A DNA stretch of 63,254 nucleotides, the filler included, from Octopus bimaculoides (Eukaryota), in assembly GCF_001194135.2 (NCBI RefSeq). It is 4 parts of 4 records of this genome, joined end to end, with 100 filler letters (N's around TTAATTAATTAA, not from the genome) between each part and the next. Parts side by side here need not be neighbours in the genome. Positions count along the whole stretch, not along the records: positions 1 to 28,590 come from NC_068981.1; 3 more parts are not named here. The stretch is one strand, 5' to 3'. The notes beneath the pieces were generated by a model. It was given only the letters and a program-made list of their open reading frames with translations, was not told the DNA's origin and made no database searches. The position numbers and the translations under genes are program-made. Below, piece by piece: positions 11,656-23,557 of this stretch (within the stretch, counting starts at the first letter, position 1; every line of letters begins with the position of its first letter).

Positions 11656-11734
11656 CAGGGCGGGCCTAAAAATCAAGCTACCATTTAATATACATTTATA
11701 TGCTAAATGGCCGTGCGATTTTTGACTCACCCTC
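11656..11734. mobile_element. 79-bp palindromic mini-MITE with TA flanks (Tc1/mariner-type)
   Basis: TA|cagggcgggcctaaaaatc...gatttttgactcaccctc|TA, with inner arms ccattta/taaatgg. Confidence 0.6.
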
Positions 11735-12057
11735 TAGTTACTGAAGTTTTTTTTTCTTTTCTACTGATACTGTTTCATTGTTATAATCCGGGCCTCATGT
11801 AATATTACTACAGGTTTAATATCATAGCTTTGTTCCTTTAGTAAAGAAATATCATATGTCTAAAACTTCTCCTGATGTTCATATTTCCTATAACACTAAG
11901 CTTCTCCAACACAGATGTTGCATCAAAGATGTGAAACTTGGGGAAAAGAGAGCTTCCCTGTTGCTCAGCTGGGGCTCATTTTCGGCTGAAAAGACTGGAA
12001 TCACTGCCTGATCCAATATTTGAAGCCACGACGTTACGATTGTGGGCTGAACATTCT

Positions 12058-12290
12058 TATTCTTTATTGCCCACAAGGGGCTAAACATAGAGGGGACAAA
12101 CAAGGACAGACAAAGGGATTAAGTCGATTACATCGGCCCCAGTGCGTAACTGGTACTTCATTTATCGACCCCGAAAGGATAAAAGACAAAGTCGACCTCG
12201 GCGGAATTTGAACTCAGAATATAACGGCAGACAAAATTCCGCTAAACATTTCGCCCGGCGTGCTAATGTTTCTGCCAGCTCGTTGCCATA
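12058..12290 (-). mobile_element. SINE family A, full monomer with 10-bp TSD
   Basis: Head, body and tail are all present. TGAACATTCT at 12048-12057 and 12291-12300 (a third copy at 12309-12318). Confidence 0.9.
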
Positions 12291-12674
12291 TGAACATTCT
12301 AAGTAGGCTGAACATTCTAACCACTAGAACACCCGCCTTAACCAATTAGGCGATCTCGATTCCAGTACAACTCGAAACATTCACTTCATTTTCTTTTATC
12401 ACCTCAATAATGTCTTCACCAAACTGATTATCAATCATTTCAGTCTTGCGTGTCTTGGAAGACCTACAAACCAGTAGAAACAAAACCAGCTACCGTAAAG
12501 CAAAATGAACTGCAAGAGGCAGCATTGTATAATGAACGAATGTGCTGTTATTTCTCACGCGCACCACTTGAACATTGGTCGGGGTCATGAGTCAAACTCC
12601 GACTCATGATGGATCTATTACCCAAAACTGCATCATTTTCATTTACATCTTATCATCAACTTCCGAACTGAAGA

Positions 12675-12780
12675 TTCGTGGCCTACTGATTTGGCCGTAG
12701 TACTCACGAGCGGTCACGGTTTCGATTTCCTAACCGGTCAGTGCATTGTGTTCTTGAGCAAAACACTTCCGACGCAATAC
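12675..12780 (+). mobile_element. Degenerate SINE family D head
   Basis: ggtttcgatttcc B-box-like motif, then gcattgtgttcttgagcaaaacacttc. Confidence 0.6.
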
Positions 12781-12906
12781 GAGACACCATCACTGAGTTC
12801 CACGAAGGCTATTCTTACTGTTTACTCTGCCTTCTACAGTTATATGATAAATTATCATATAGCTAAGGATATTCTATCGATTTTATATAGAATAGATACG
12901 CACACA

Positions 12907-12958
<52 letters not shown>

Positions 12959-13044
12959 CACAAATNNNNNNNNNNNNNNNNNNNNNNNNNNNNNNNNNNN
13001 NNNNNNNNNNNNNNNNNNNNNNNNACACACACACACACACAAAT

Positions 13045-13106
<62 letters not shown>

Positions 13107-13116
13107 TTATTTATAT

Positions 13117-13477
13117 AAGTAGCTTGCTTAGCAACCACATGGTTCCGAGTTCAGACCCACTGGGTTGCACCTTGGGTGAGTGTCTGCTACTATAGCCTCG
13201 GGCCGACCAAAGCCTTGTGAGTGGATTTGGTAGACGGAAACTGAAAGAAGCCCGTCGTAGGAGTGGCTGTGTGGTAAGTAGCTTGCTTACAAACCACATG
13301 GTCCCGGGTTCAGTCCCACTGCGTGGCATCTTGGGCAAGTGCCTTCTACTATAGCCTCGGGCCGACCAATGCCTTGTGAGTGGATTTGGTAGACGGAAAC
13401 TGAAAGAAGCCTGTCGTATATATGTATATATATATATGTATGTGTGTATGTGTTTGTATGTCTGTGTTTGTCCCACC
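13117..13477 (+). mobile_element. SINE family C, two tandem heads followed by the internal microsatellite
   Basis: Unit 1 13117-13259, unit 2 13260-13418; both end ggaaactgaaagaagcc(c/t)gtcgta. Confidence 0.9.
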
Positions 13478-13834
13478 NNNNNNNNNNNNNNNNNNNNNNN
13501 NNNNNNNNNNNNNNNNNNNNNNNNNNNNNNNNNNNNNNNNNNNNNNNNNNNNNNNNNNNNNNNNNNNNNNNNNNNNNNNNNNNNNNNNNNNNNNNNNNNN
13601 NNNNNNNNNNNNNNNNNNNNNNNNNNNNNNNNNNNNNNNNNNNNNNNNNNNNNNNNNNNNNNNNNNNNNNNNNNNNNNNNNNNNNNNNNNNNNNNNNNNN
13701 NNNNNNNNNNNNNNNNNNNNNNNNNNNNNNNNNNNNNNNNNNNNNNNNNNNNNNNNNNNNNNNNNNNNNNNNNNNNNNNNNNNNNNNNNNNNNNNNNNNN
13801 NNNNNNNNNNNNNNNNNNNNNNNNNNNNNNNNAC

Positions 13835-13865
<31 letters not shown>

Positions 13866-13869
13866 CATA

Positions 13870-14142
13870 TATACGACGGGCTTCTTTCAGCTTGACACTC
13901 ACATATATATATGTGAGTGTGTGTGTATGCGTGTATATGTTTGTGTGTCTGTGTTTGTCCCCCCAACATCGCTTGACAACCGATGCTGGTGTGTTTACGT
14001 CCCCGTCGCTTAGTGATTCGGCAAAAACAAACCGATAGAATAAGTACTAGGCTTACAAAGAATAAGTCGTGGGGTTGATTTGCTCGACTGAAGGTGGTGC
14101 TCCAGCATGGACGCAGTCAAATGACTGATACAAGTAAAAGAA
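13870..14142 (+). mobile_element. SINE family C 3' half preceded by a short inverted head remnant
   Basis: tacgacgggcttctttcag (minus head end, 13872-13890), then plus-strand tgtctgtgtttgtccccccaacatcgcttgacaaccgatgctgg...gcagtcaaatgactgatacaagtaaaag. Confidence 0.85.
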
Positions 14143-14792
14143 TATGTATGTATGTATGTATGCATGTATGTAATGTATATTATTTTGTAACTTGGGAGAT
14201 ATAATTTTATTATGCATTTGATAATATAAAACAAATTTTCCCTCGCTTGTGTGTCTAAGTGTGACTGACTATGCGTTTGTGCGCTTGTGTGTGCGTTTGT
14301 GCGCCTGTCTGTGCGTTTGTATTCATCCATGCGTGTCTTAATAAGCTCGGCTGTTCATCTACACAGATTCTATGATTCAAAGCCTTGATGTTAATACTAC
14401 CCAAATATCTTCGCAGAACGTTATGTGCAACTTGCAGAAATATGTAATCCAGCCAATTCTAGAACACTGTTCAGCAGTCAGAAGACTAATGGCTTACTAA
14501 TTTATTCAGCAATTAGTCTAAGGGATTAGAATACAGACGTACAGTAAAGTAGTAAATGTGTATTTACTGAAAATCTTGTTTATCACTCTTCAAATTTACA
14601 ACTTCACCTCCACCACCTCTCACTAACTATTATCCCGCATCTACTTCCGCTTTCCGTCTATACAGCCCACTACAGTTACTTCCGGTTTCAGACTCCATCT
14701 TAAATCGGATGCATGCTGCATCCGTCCATAGGAGTTGCTTGTTTACAATAGCAATCAAAGGAGTGGTGTGGTATTTTTGTTTGTAAAGAAGT

Positions 14793-14882
<90 letters not shown>

Positions 14883-15381
14883 NNNNNNNNNNNNNNNNNN
14901 NNNNNNNNNNNNNNNNNNNNNNNNNNNNNNNNNNNNNNNNNNNNNNNNNNNNNNNNNNNNNNNNNNNNNNNNNNNNNNNNNNNNNNNNNNNNNNNNNNNN
15001 NNNNNNNNNNNNNNNNNNNNNNNNNNNNNNNNNNNNNNNNNNNNNNNNNNNNNNNNNNNNNNNNNNNNNNNNNNNNNNNNNNNNNNNNNNNNNNNNNNNN
15101 NNNNNNNNNNNNNNNNNNNNNNNNNNNNNNNNNNNNNNNNNNNNNNNNNNNNNNNNNNNNNNNNNNNNNNNNNNNNNNNNNNNNNNNNNNNNNNNNNNNN
15201 NNNNNNNNNNNNNNNNNNNNNNNNNNNNNNNNNNNNNNNNNNNNNNNNNNNNNNNNNNNNNNNNNNNNNNNNNNNNNNNNNNNNNNNNNNNNNNNNNNNN
15301 NNNNNNNNNNNNNNNNNNNNNNNNNNNNNNNNNNNNNNNNNNNNNNNNNNNNNNNNNNNNNNNNNNNNNNNNNNNNNNNNN

Positions 15382-15417
<36 letters not shown>

Positions 15418-15560
15418 ATTGTTGGTTTGTAAATATTTGTGTATGTACATGTATTGATATATGTACACATGTATGTATGTATGTTTGTATGTATGTATGT
15501 ATTTATGCATGTAAGTATGTATGTATGTATGTATGCATGCATGTATGTATGTATAGAAAG

Positions 15561-15602
<42 letters not shown>

Positions 15603-16484
15603 GCGCGGTACATGTATTAGTAAATTGGTATTTGTGTATATTGCTTCTCAAGTTTTGTGCGCACACATCTGTTACCATGTGTGTGTCAATGCCTATTTAG
15701 AAACGATGCCGGTATAATCATGTGTGTGCACACGTGTGTATATGTGTGCGTCACTATTTGTGTATTGTTGCTGTTGTTGCTGTATGTGAATGCGCGGATA
15801 CCGTTACAACTAAATTGCTAAGAGGTTCTATTCCCAAGTCGATCAAATTATTTCAAAATGACAAGGGGAATGAAAGGAAATAGTTGAAGCTCACCAGAAG
15901 CACAATACCAGTAATACAAATGTCATAGCGTATCAAAATAACTGAGTCTGCATGAAAAGTGCGAACATGTGACCGTGGAATACTCAGTCTGCTGCACCAT
16001 ATAAAGTTTGGTCGGTTGAGTGAATATCTCGCATCACTGAAAATGATGGAAAACCCTGTAGTTACTGCATGTAAGACTTACTCCATTTGAGTACAGGTGA
16101 ATGTTAAATGTACTCAGCTATTCCACTCATCGCTATTAAGAGCGATTCTAATTCATGAATTAATTAATTACAGCTTGACAAAGCTTTGCACACACCAGCA
16201 AATGTAATATTTGCTTTCTAAACAGAACTACGGCAGTTCCTAATAGACACAGATTCGGTACCTGTAGCTGATGAGGTGTAAGGACGCAGAAACAAATGAC
16301 AAATGGTCATAATTCATATTTTCTATGAGGTCTGTTCCTCTTCTGAGACACTCACGGTAGCGAAGTTCTTTCCACGTGTGAGTGTTTACGAAACACTTAA
16401 ATATAAATGAACACAATTTTATTTGCTTTCTGCTATATTCACTTGCATATTTAGATGTGGTTGCATGTGCGTATGTGAACGTAG

Positions 16485-16486
<2 letters not shown>

Positions 16487-16582
<96 letters not shown>

Positions 16583-16590
16583 GTGTGTGC
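16487..16590. repeat. (GT)n microsatellite
   Basis: Seen directly. Confidence 0.95.
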
Positions 16591-17773
16591 CTGCTGCATG
16601 CAAGTCCGTGTGATCCAAAACGTGATCTTCCACCTCGCACTAATCCCTAGAAAATATTGATACATTTTTCCTAAGAAACAGTGAAATAATATAAGTCATG
16701 CAGGAAATTGTATTTAGTCAATCACAAAGTGTAGAAAGATGTTCCGACTGTTGTCGCGCGATTTCACACAATAACTGCATCAAACGTTCTCCGTGGGTCT
16801 GCTGGGGACACGACAACGGTCACTGGATGTTTGAGCGTATCATAGTCGGGACTATCGCATTTAATCGTGTAAGGATCGCTTTATTTTACAAATGATTTTA
16901 ACGGAAACAACAGGGGTGCCTTTTAAGCGGGACAGCGATCAAAGTATGAAGGGGAAAATATTTTGTACCAAGATTTAACACAAAATTAGTGGTACCAGTT
17001 GTATAAGAGTAAATGCCGTTTTCCTGCAAATATAGACAGTATTTTGAAAGCTTAGTCAAGTATTTCTTTTATATTTTTAATTTAGTTTCCACTTCCTAAT
17101 AGTTTGTACCACGCTTTTGTCCCAAAACTCAAACACGCTACCCGGTTCAGAAATTGAATCGACAATCATTTTCGTAAGCCCAACTCTTTTACGTGTGTTT
17201 AAAGCAGTTCACGTATGAAAAAAACAACAACAACAACGTTCTTTTAATTTTCAGTCCTGATATATTATGACATGCCGAATACTGAAAAGTGAAAAGAAAC
17301 ATCTTTGACTCTGGAAATTGGGATGATTATTAAAACCATCTTAAATAAATTTTTAATTAATAGAATTTGGTTTCTTTAGAATAGGCCATAATTGGCTTTA
17401 AATATAGATCCCATAAATTTGCGTTACGTGCTTTGTCTTAAACAGATTTAAACTTGTAAAGCAACAAATATTTTTAAAATTTATAAAAAAAAAAAAAGAG
17501 ATGCAACATTAAAAAGAAATATCTGACTTTAGGGAAGAAAGGATTTTAAAAGTAAATTTTAATCCCTTTTGAATATTGTGCCGGGTTTTAGAAGACCATT
17601 CCAAAATAAACATATTATAGGAGTTCTCTTTTCATCAATGCAGAAAGAGAATATTTTTCCTCCAATCCATGACAACAGCATATGGATTCGAGATTCCATC
17701 AAGGTAAAAAAAGGAAATAAAAAAATTATAATTAAATATGAGTGTTGAATATAATTAAATATAATCAAAATAT

Positions 17774-17852
17774 AAGCTAAATATTACACAAGTCAAATAT
17801 CATACAAGCTAAATGTAATACAAGTTTAATATAACAGAAGTGTTAAATATAT
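17774..17852 (+). repeat. Degenerate 16-bp AT-rich minisatellite, ~5 units
   Basis: aagctaaatattacac / aagtcaaatatcatac / aagctaaatgtaatac / aagtttaatataacag / aagtgttaaatatat. Confidence 0.6.
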
Positions 17853-18385
17853 AAGATAAATATATGTTTTTTTTAAAAATATAACAAAAGCGTTACATAC
17901 AGTTTAGCATAATTAAAACGCAAGTTAAATATATTAGAAGTTAACTGGAACAGAGAGGTGATTTGTTTAATTGTGTACTCAGTGACACAGCATTGAAACA
18001 TAAGTTTGAGAACGTTTACGCAATTAAATTTAGTTAAATTATCAAGAACATCTAAATATATGAAAGGCAATCTGAGTTTTATTACTTTTTATCCCAACAC
18101 CAAAGCGTTATCCGTCATATGATGGGAACTTTGGAAGTATACCGGTGCTTGACTGATGCAAGAAATATATGTACACATCCAATAATTATTGTTTAATGTT
18201 TATCGAATTTCTTGGTGTTTATACAAAATGATGAAATGAATACTAATTTTCAAAAGAACGATATATTTTACCTTACAATTATTAAATTAAATAAAACAAA
18301 TTCTCATATGTCATTCTTTTCTTAAATTTTAGCAACATCATCGCAATTTACTCTAACGAAAACCTGTCTCTGCAAAATTTCATGT

Positions 18386-18540
18386 AGCTGTGTGGTAAGT
18401 AGCTTGCTTACCAACTACATGGTTCTGGGTTCAGTCTCACTGCGTGGCACCTTGGGCAAGTATCTTCTACTACAGCCTTGGGCCGACCAAAGCCTTGTGA
18501 GTGGATTTGGTAGACGGAAACTGAAAGAAGCCCGTCGTAT
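18386..18540 (+). mobile_element. SINE family C head
   Basis: gctgtgtggtaagtagcttgcttaccaac...gaagcccgtcgtatatata, then a gap. Confidence 0.9.
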
Positions 18541-19279
18541 ATATATATATATATNNNNNNNNNNNNNNNNNNNNNNNNNNNNNNNNNNNNNNNNNNNNNN
18601 NNNNNNNNNNNNNNNNNNNNNNNNNNNNNNNNNNNNNNNNNNNNNNNNNNNNNNNNNNNNNNNNNNNNNNNNNNNNNNNNNNNNNNNNNNNNNNNNNNNN
18701 NNNNNNNNNNNNNNNNNNNNNNNNNNNNNNNNNNNNNNNNNNNNNNNNNNNNNNNNNNNNNNNNNNNNNNNNNNNNNNNNNNNNNNNNNNNNNNNNNNNN
18801 NNNNNNNNNNNNNNNNNNNNNNNNNNNNNNNNNNNNNNNNNNNNNNNNNNNNNNNNNNNNNNNNNNNNNNNNNNNNNNNNNNNNNNNNNNNNNNNNNNNN
18901 NNNNNNNNNNNNNNNNNNNNNNNNNNNNNNNNNNNNNNNNNNNNNNNNNNNNNNNNNNNNNNNNNNNNNNNNNNNNNNNNNNNNNNNNNNNNNNNNNNNN
19001 NNNNNNNNNNNNNNNNNNNNNNNNNNNNNNNNNNNNNNNNNNNNNNNNNNNNNNNNNNNNNNNNNNNNNNNNNNNNNNNNNNNNNNNNNNNNNNNNNNNN
19101 NNNNNNNNNNNNNNNNNNNNNNNNNNNNNNNNNNNNNNNNNNNNNNNNNNNNNNNNNNNNNNNNNNNNNNNNNNNNNNNNNNNNNNNNNNNNNNNNNNNN
19201 NNNNNNNNNNNNNNNNNNNNNNNNNNNNNNNNNNNNNNNNNNNNNNNNNNNNNNNNNNNNNNNNNNNNNNNNNNNNNNN

Positions 19280-19313
<34 letters not shown>

Positions 19314-19782
19314 AATATGAATATATATATATAAAAATATATGTAAATAGAATATACGTGGGATGTATATGGAAAAAGTTAAGAAAAGAGAACTAGTAAA
19401 AGTTTTTGTTTTCAATACTAAAATTAAGAGCAGTTAATACATCAGAGGAATATTACATTTCTACGGCCGTTTCTAGAGTTCATGTCCTAGTAGAAAATTA
19501 AGAGAAATTTTACAATCCATACGGACATCCCTTTCATCGATCAGGCAAAGAATCCTCATTTGAAAGTCATATGCTGATCCTTTTTAGTTATTACAGAGGG
19601 ATGGATACAGGCTGGGATAAGAATTCGTTCTTACGTATGCAGGTATGCATATATGTGTGTGCGTCTGTGTGTGCGTGCGTGCGTGAGTGTGTGTGTATGC
19701 GCGTGAACGTGTGTGAGTGTGTGTGCGTGTGAGTTTGTGTGTGTGTGCATGCGTGTGTAAGTGTGTGTGTGTGTGTGTGTGA

Positions 19783-19930
19783 CCAGCTGGCAAGAATCGC
19801 TAACACCTGAACTCCGTTTCCTCCGTCTTGGCGTTTTGAGCTTAAATTCCGTCGAGTTCGATTTTTGCCGTTCATCCTTCAGGTTTCGCAAAATAAATAC
19901 CAGTCACGCACTGGGGCTGAGGTAACTGAC
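19783..19930 (+). mobile_element. Degenerate SINE family A
   Basis: gagcttaaattccgtcgagttcgatttttgccgttcatccttcagg...aaataccagtcacgcactgggg. Confidence 0.7.
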
Positions 19931-20805
19931 CATTATCCCATTTCCACATAAAAGTCGGGTCTTGCATCTTTCTGTTTTGCTATGCATCGTAGAAGCCACA
20001 AATCCGTTATCAGAAAAATTCTGTTCAAGTAATCGCGCGCGCGTCGTGTATTGGTATAGGGGAGAAGTTCACAAGTGTGCATTCATATATGCATGTCTTT
20101 GGATGCATGGGTGTGTGGGAGGGTGTTTGTGTCGGGGTGGGGGNNNNNNNNNNNNNNNNNNNNNNNNNNNNNNNNNNNNNNNNNNNNNNNNNNNNNNNNN
20201 NNNNNNNNNNNNNNNNNNNNNNNNNNNNNNNNNNNNNNNNNNNNNNNNNNNNNNNNNNNNNNNNNNNNNNNNNNNNNNNNNNNNNNNNNNNNNNNNNNNN
20301 NNNNNNNNNNNNNNNNNNNNNNNNNNNNNNNNNNNNNNNNNNNNNNNNNNNNNNNNNNNNNNNNNNNNNNNNNNNNNNNNNNNNNNNNNNNNNNNNNNNN
20401 NNNNNNNNNNNNNNNNNNNNNNNNNNNNNNNNNNNNNNNNNNNNNNNNNNNNNNNNNNNNNNNNNNNNNNNNNNNNNNNNNNNNNNNNNNNNNNNNNNNN
20501 NNNNNNNNNNNNNNNNNNNNNNNNNNNNNNNNNNNNNNNNNNNNNNNNNNNNNNNNNNNNNNNNNNNNNNNNNNNNNNNNNNNNNNNNNNNNNNNNNNNN
20601 NNNNNNNNNNNNNNNNNNNNNNNNNNNNNNNNNNNNNNNNNNNNNNNNNNNNNNNNNNNNNNNNNNNNNNNNNNNNNNNNNNNNNNNNNNNNNNNNNNNN
20701 NNNNNNNNNNNNNNNNNNNNNNNNNNNNNNNNNNNNNNNNNNNNNNNNNNNNNNNNNNNNNNNNNNNNNNNNNNNNNNNNNNNNNNNNNNNNNNNNNNNN
20801 NNNNN

Positions 20806-20855
<50 letters not shown>

Positions 20856-21101
20856 AGGGATATCGCAATGTGAGCCATGAAGGTTAAGTTCATCCTGGAG
20901 CACACATTTCAGAGTTGAATGTCCTCTCTCTCAACAAGTAGATGCATGTTCATGGCTAATATTTTGGTGGGGGGTTGGTGTGCGCGCACACACGAAACAA
21001 ATACCTCTATGTATAAGTGTGTGTGTGTATGTCTGTGCCTGTGTTTATATATCTATGTGTGTGCATGTATGAATGTATGTATGCGTGTATTCTTGTAGTT
21101 A

Positions 21102-21134
<33 letters not shown>

Positions 21135-21153
21135 GTGTATATATATATATATG

Positions 21154-21196
<43 letters not shown>

Positions 21197-21518
21197 NNNN
21201 NNNNNNNNNNNNNNNNNNNNNNNNNNNNNNNNNNNNNNNNNNNNNNNNNNNNNNNNNNNNNNNNNNNNNNNNNNNNNNNNNNNNNNNNNNNNNNNNNNNN
21301 NNNNNNNNNNNNNNNNNNNNNNNNNNNNNNNNNNNNNNNNNNNNNNNNNNNNNNNNNNNNNNNNNNNNNNNNNNNNNNNNNNNNNNNNNNNNNNNNNNNN
21401 NNNNNNNNNNNNNNNNNNNNNNNNNNNNNNNNNNNNNNNNNNNNNNNNNNNNNNNNNNNNNNNNNNNNNNNNNNNNNNNNNNNNNNNNNNNNNNNNNNNN
21501 NNNNNNNNNNNNNNNTGT

Positions 21519-21555
<37 letters not shown>

Positions 21556-21711
21556 CGTGTGTGTGTGTGTGTGTTTTTGATAAGTGCTCACGCACGAAAC
21601 TCGCACCTTGTGTCAGTCTGTTAATAAAAATATACATATACTTATATTTTGAGTTTTATTTTTCCTGTTTGCATCACCATACCTGTATATATATGTGTGT
21701 GTATATACATA

Positions 21712-23031
21712 CAGAGGTTGGACAAAATAATGGAAACACCTAGCATCATAGCATCATAATTTTGAAATATCTATAAAACCGTTAAAAGCTTGTTTATTTT
21801 TATNNNNNNNNNNTAATTTTGAAATATCTATAAAACCGTTAAAAGCTTGTTTATTTTTATGTTTTTTTTTATGTCTTATTAATGTTGTTTAATATGTTTT
21901 GCTAAAATTGCTTGTTTCTTTTCAGATATCATCAACAAAAGGTAATTAAAATTCATTAAGATGACAGATCTATCGGACTTTCAAAGAGGTCAAATTGTTG
22001 GTACTCTTATGGCAGGCGCTAGCGTAATTAAAATAGCCAAACTGTTTGGTGTATCAAGAAGTACTGTCTCGAAAGTAATGGCAGCCTTTGAGAAAGAGTG
22101 AAAGACCTCCTTGTTGAAACAAAACTCCGGAAGAAGACCAAATCTTTCAAATAGGGACCGTCGAACTCTTCCGCGAATTGTTAGAAAGGATCACAAAAGT
22201 ACAGCTCCCAAAATTACTGCAGAGCTTAACGACCACCTCGAGAACCCAGTTTCCACAAAAACTGTTTGCCGGGAGCTGCACAAAGCCGGATTTCATGGGA
22301 GGGTTCCAATCAGAAAACCACTACTTTCAAAAACAAACGTTGAGAATGGAGTAAAAACCTACAGAATTGGTCCTTAGAGCAGTGGAAGAATGTAATTTTC
22401 ACGAACGAGTCATCCTTTATTTCCGACCACTGGCCGAGAACAATGTGGAGACAACCAAAGGAAGCATTTGACCCAGACTGCCTTCTTCCAACTTTTAAAC
22501 ATGGAGAATGATCTATGATGATCTGGTAGGGGGCTATATCTTGGAAATCCACCAGTCCAATGGTTTCCCTTCATGCCAGAATTAATAGTCAAGACTATTT
22601 AAGCATTTTAACTAATCAAATTCATCCTGTGGTTGTGCAATTGTTTCTGGAGGGAAACGCAATCTTTCAGGATAATAATTCACCAATTCACACAGCTAAA
22701 GTTGTTACTGAGTGGCACGGGGAACATTCTAGTGAAGTCGAACATCTTATCTGACCACCACAGTCCCCAGATCTCAATATCATTGAACATCTATGGTGCA
22801 TTTTAGAAAAACAAGTAAGGAGTCGATATCTTCCACCATCATCACTACAAGAACTGATGACTGTTTTAGCTGAAGAACGGACAAAAATTCCTTTGGAAAC
22901 AATTCAAACTTTGTACGAGTCCATACTTCATAGAATTCAAGCTGTAATTACTGCCAAAGGCGGTTCTACCCCAGATTAAAATAAATTAGTTTGAAATTTT
23001 AAGATGTTTCCATTATTTTGTCCAACCCTTT
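21712..23031 (+). mobile_element. Near full-length Tc1-like DNA transposon, ~1.32 kb, ~28-bp TIRs, TA-flanked
   Basis: Left TIR cagaggttggacaaaataatggaaacacct; right end agatgtttccattattttgtccaaccctt; TA dinucleotides outside both. Confidence 0.92.
21961..22979 (+). pseudogene. Tc1-family transposase pseudogene, DD36E spacing
   Basis: MTDLSDFQRGQIVG...GFHGRVPIRKPLLS, frameshift near 22345, WKNVIFTNES, FQDNNSPIH, PPQSPDLNIIEHLW, AVITAKGGSTPD*. In-frame stops include 22099-22101; both catalytic Asp positions read Asn. Confidence 0.92.
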
Positions 23032-23049
23032 ATATATACGATATAGTAT

Positions 23050-23486
23050 GGCACCCACATCAAAGGCATGCCGTAAAAAGAGGAGTAAGTCACTCCATCG
23101 GTCCGTAGACTGGAATGGCACTTTGGGTAGATTCTAGCTACCGCTCAGCTTCCCTGTGCCAGACGTCGGTAGCATAACCAACAAGGCGGAGGAGTGCTAG
23201 ACGAACGGCTTGAAGGTTATTCCTGCCAAGTAGAAGGAAATTTCTTCTATCAGACAACGGTTCGGTGTCGGTTAGCCAGGGAATTGCTACTACGGGCCAG
23301 CCTTATCATTGACCATTCTCCTTGCGCTGTTGCACACCACTTGGTACTTTGCGAGGACCGCCAGGGAAGTAGTCTGATGGATGGGACGTTGGGGTTGACG
23401 CTAACTGCCTTACTCACCGTCCAAGGCGTTTTATTTCAACGCAGAACAAAGTCAACAAACGACGGAGAACCGACCACGACGAAGAT
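23050..23486 (+). mobile_element. Unclassified GC-rich ~440-bp element with a structured 5' part
   Basis: Sharp compositional boundaries against (TA)n on both sides, several hairpins, and an end acgacgaagatgat resembling a short-repeat retroposon tail. Confidence 0.4.
23117..23208 (+). ncRNA. Candidate degenerate HDV-like ribozyme
   Basis: Elements appear in the expected order: P2 CCGCTC, P3 AGC, L3 TTCCCTGT, P3' GCC, 7-nt P1', GG, P4 TAGCAT/GTGCTA, GACGAA, P2' GAACGG. P1, P3 and J4/2 are imperfect. Confidence 0.3.
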
Positions 23487-23557
23487 GATATATATATATG
23501 TGTGTGTGTGTTTGTATATATGATATACAGATATATTCATATACATACATATATCGT

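Noticed and set aside
11888-12040. LQILDQAVIP resembling a Tc1-type Y..IL....P segment
   Set aside because: No flanking DDE motifs found in any frame.
16262-16320. CTGATGA...GAAAC...GTC hammerhead-like string on the plus strand
   Set aside because: Stem II needs an extra G-A pair, stem I cannot form, and the GUC is sequestered in an ATGAC/GTCAT hairpin.
16240-16400. Minus peptide WKELRYRECLRRGT with a GTGAGT donor inside
   Set aside because: No recognisable family and a weak acceptor context.
21759-21860. Direct duplication of ~45 bp inside the Tc1 element
   Set aside because: The copies sit either side of a 10-N gap, which is typical of unmerged overlapping contig ends.
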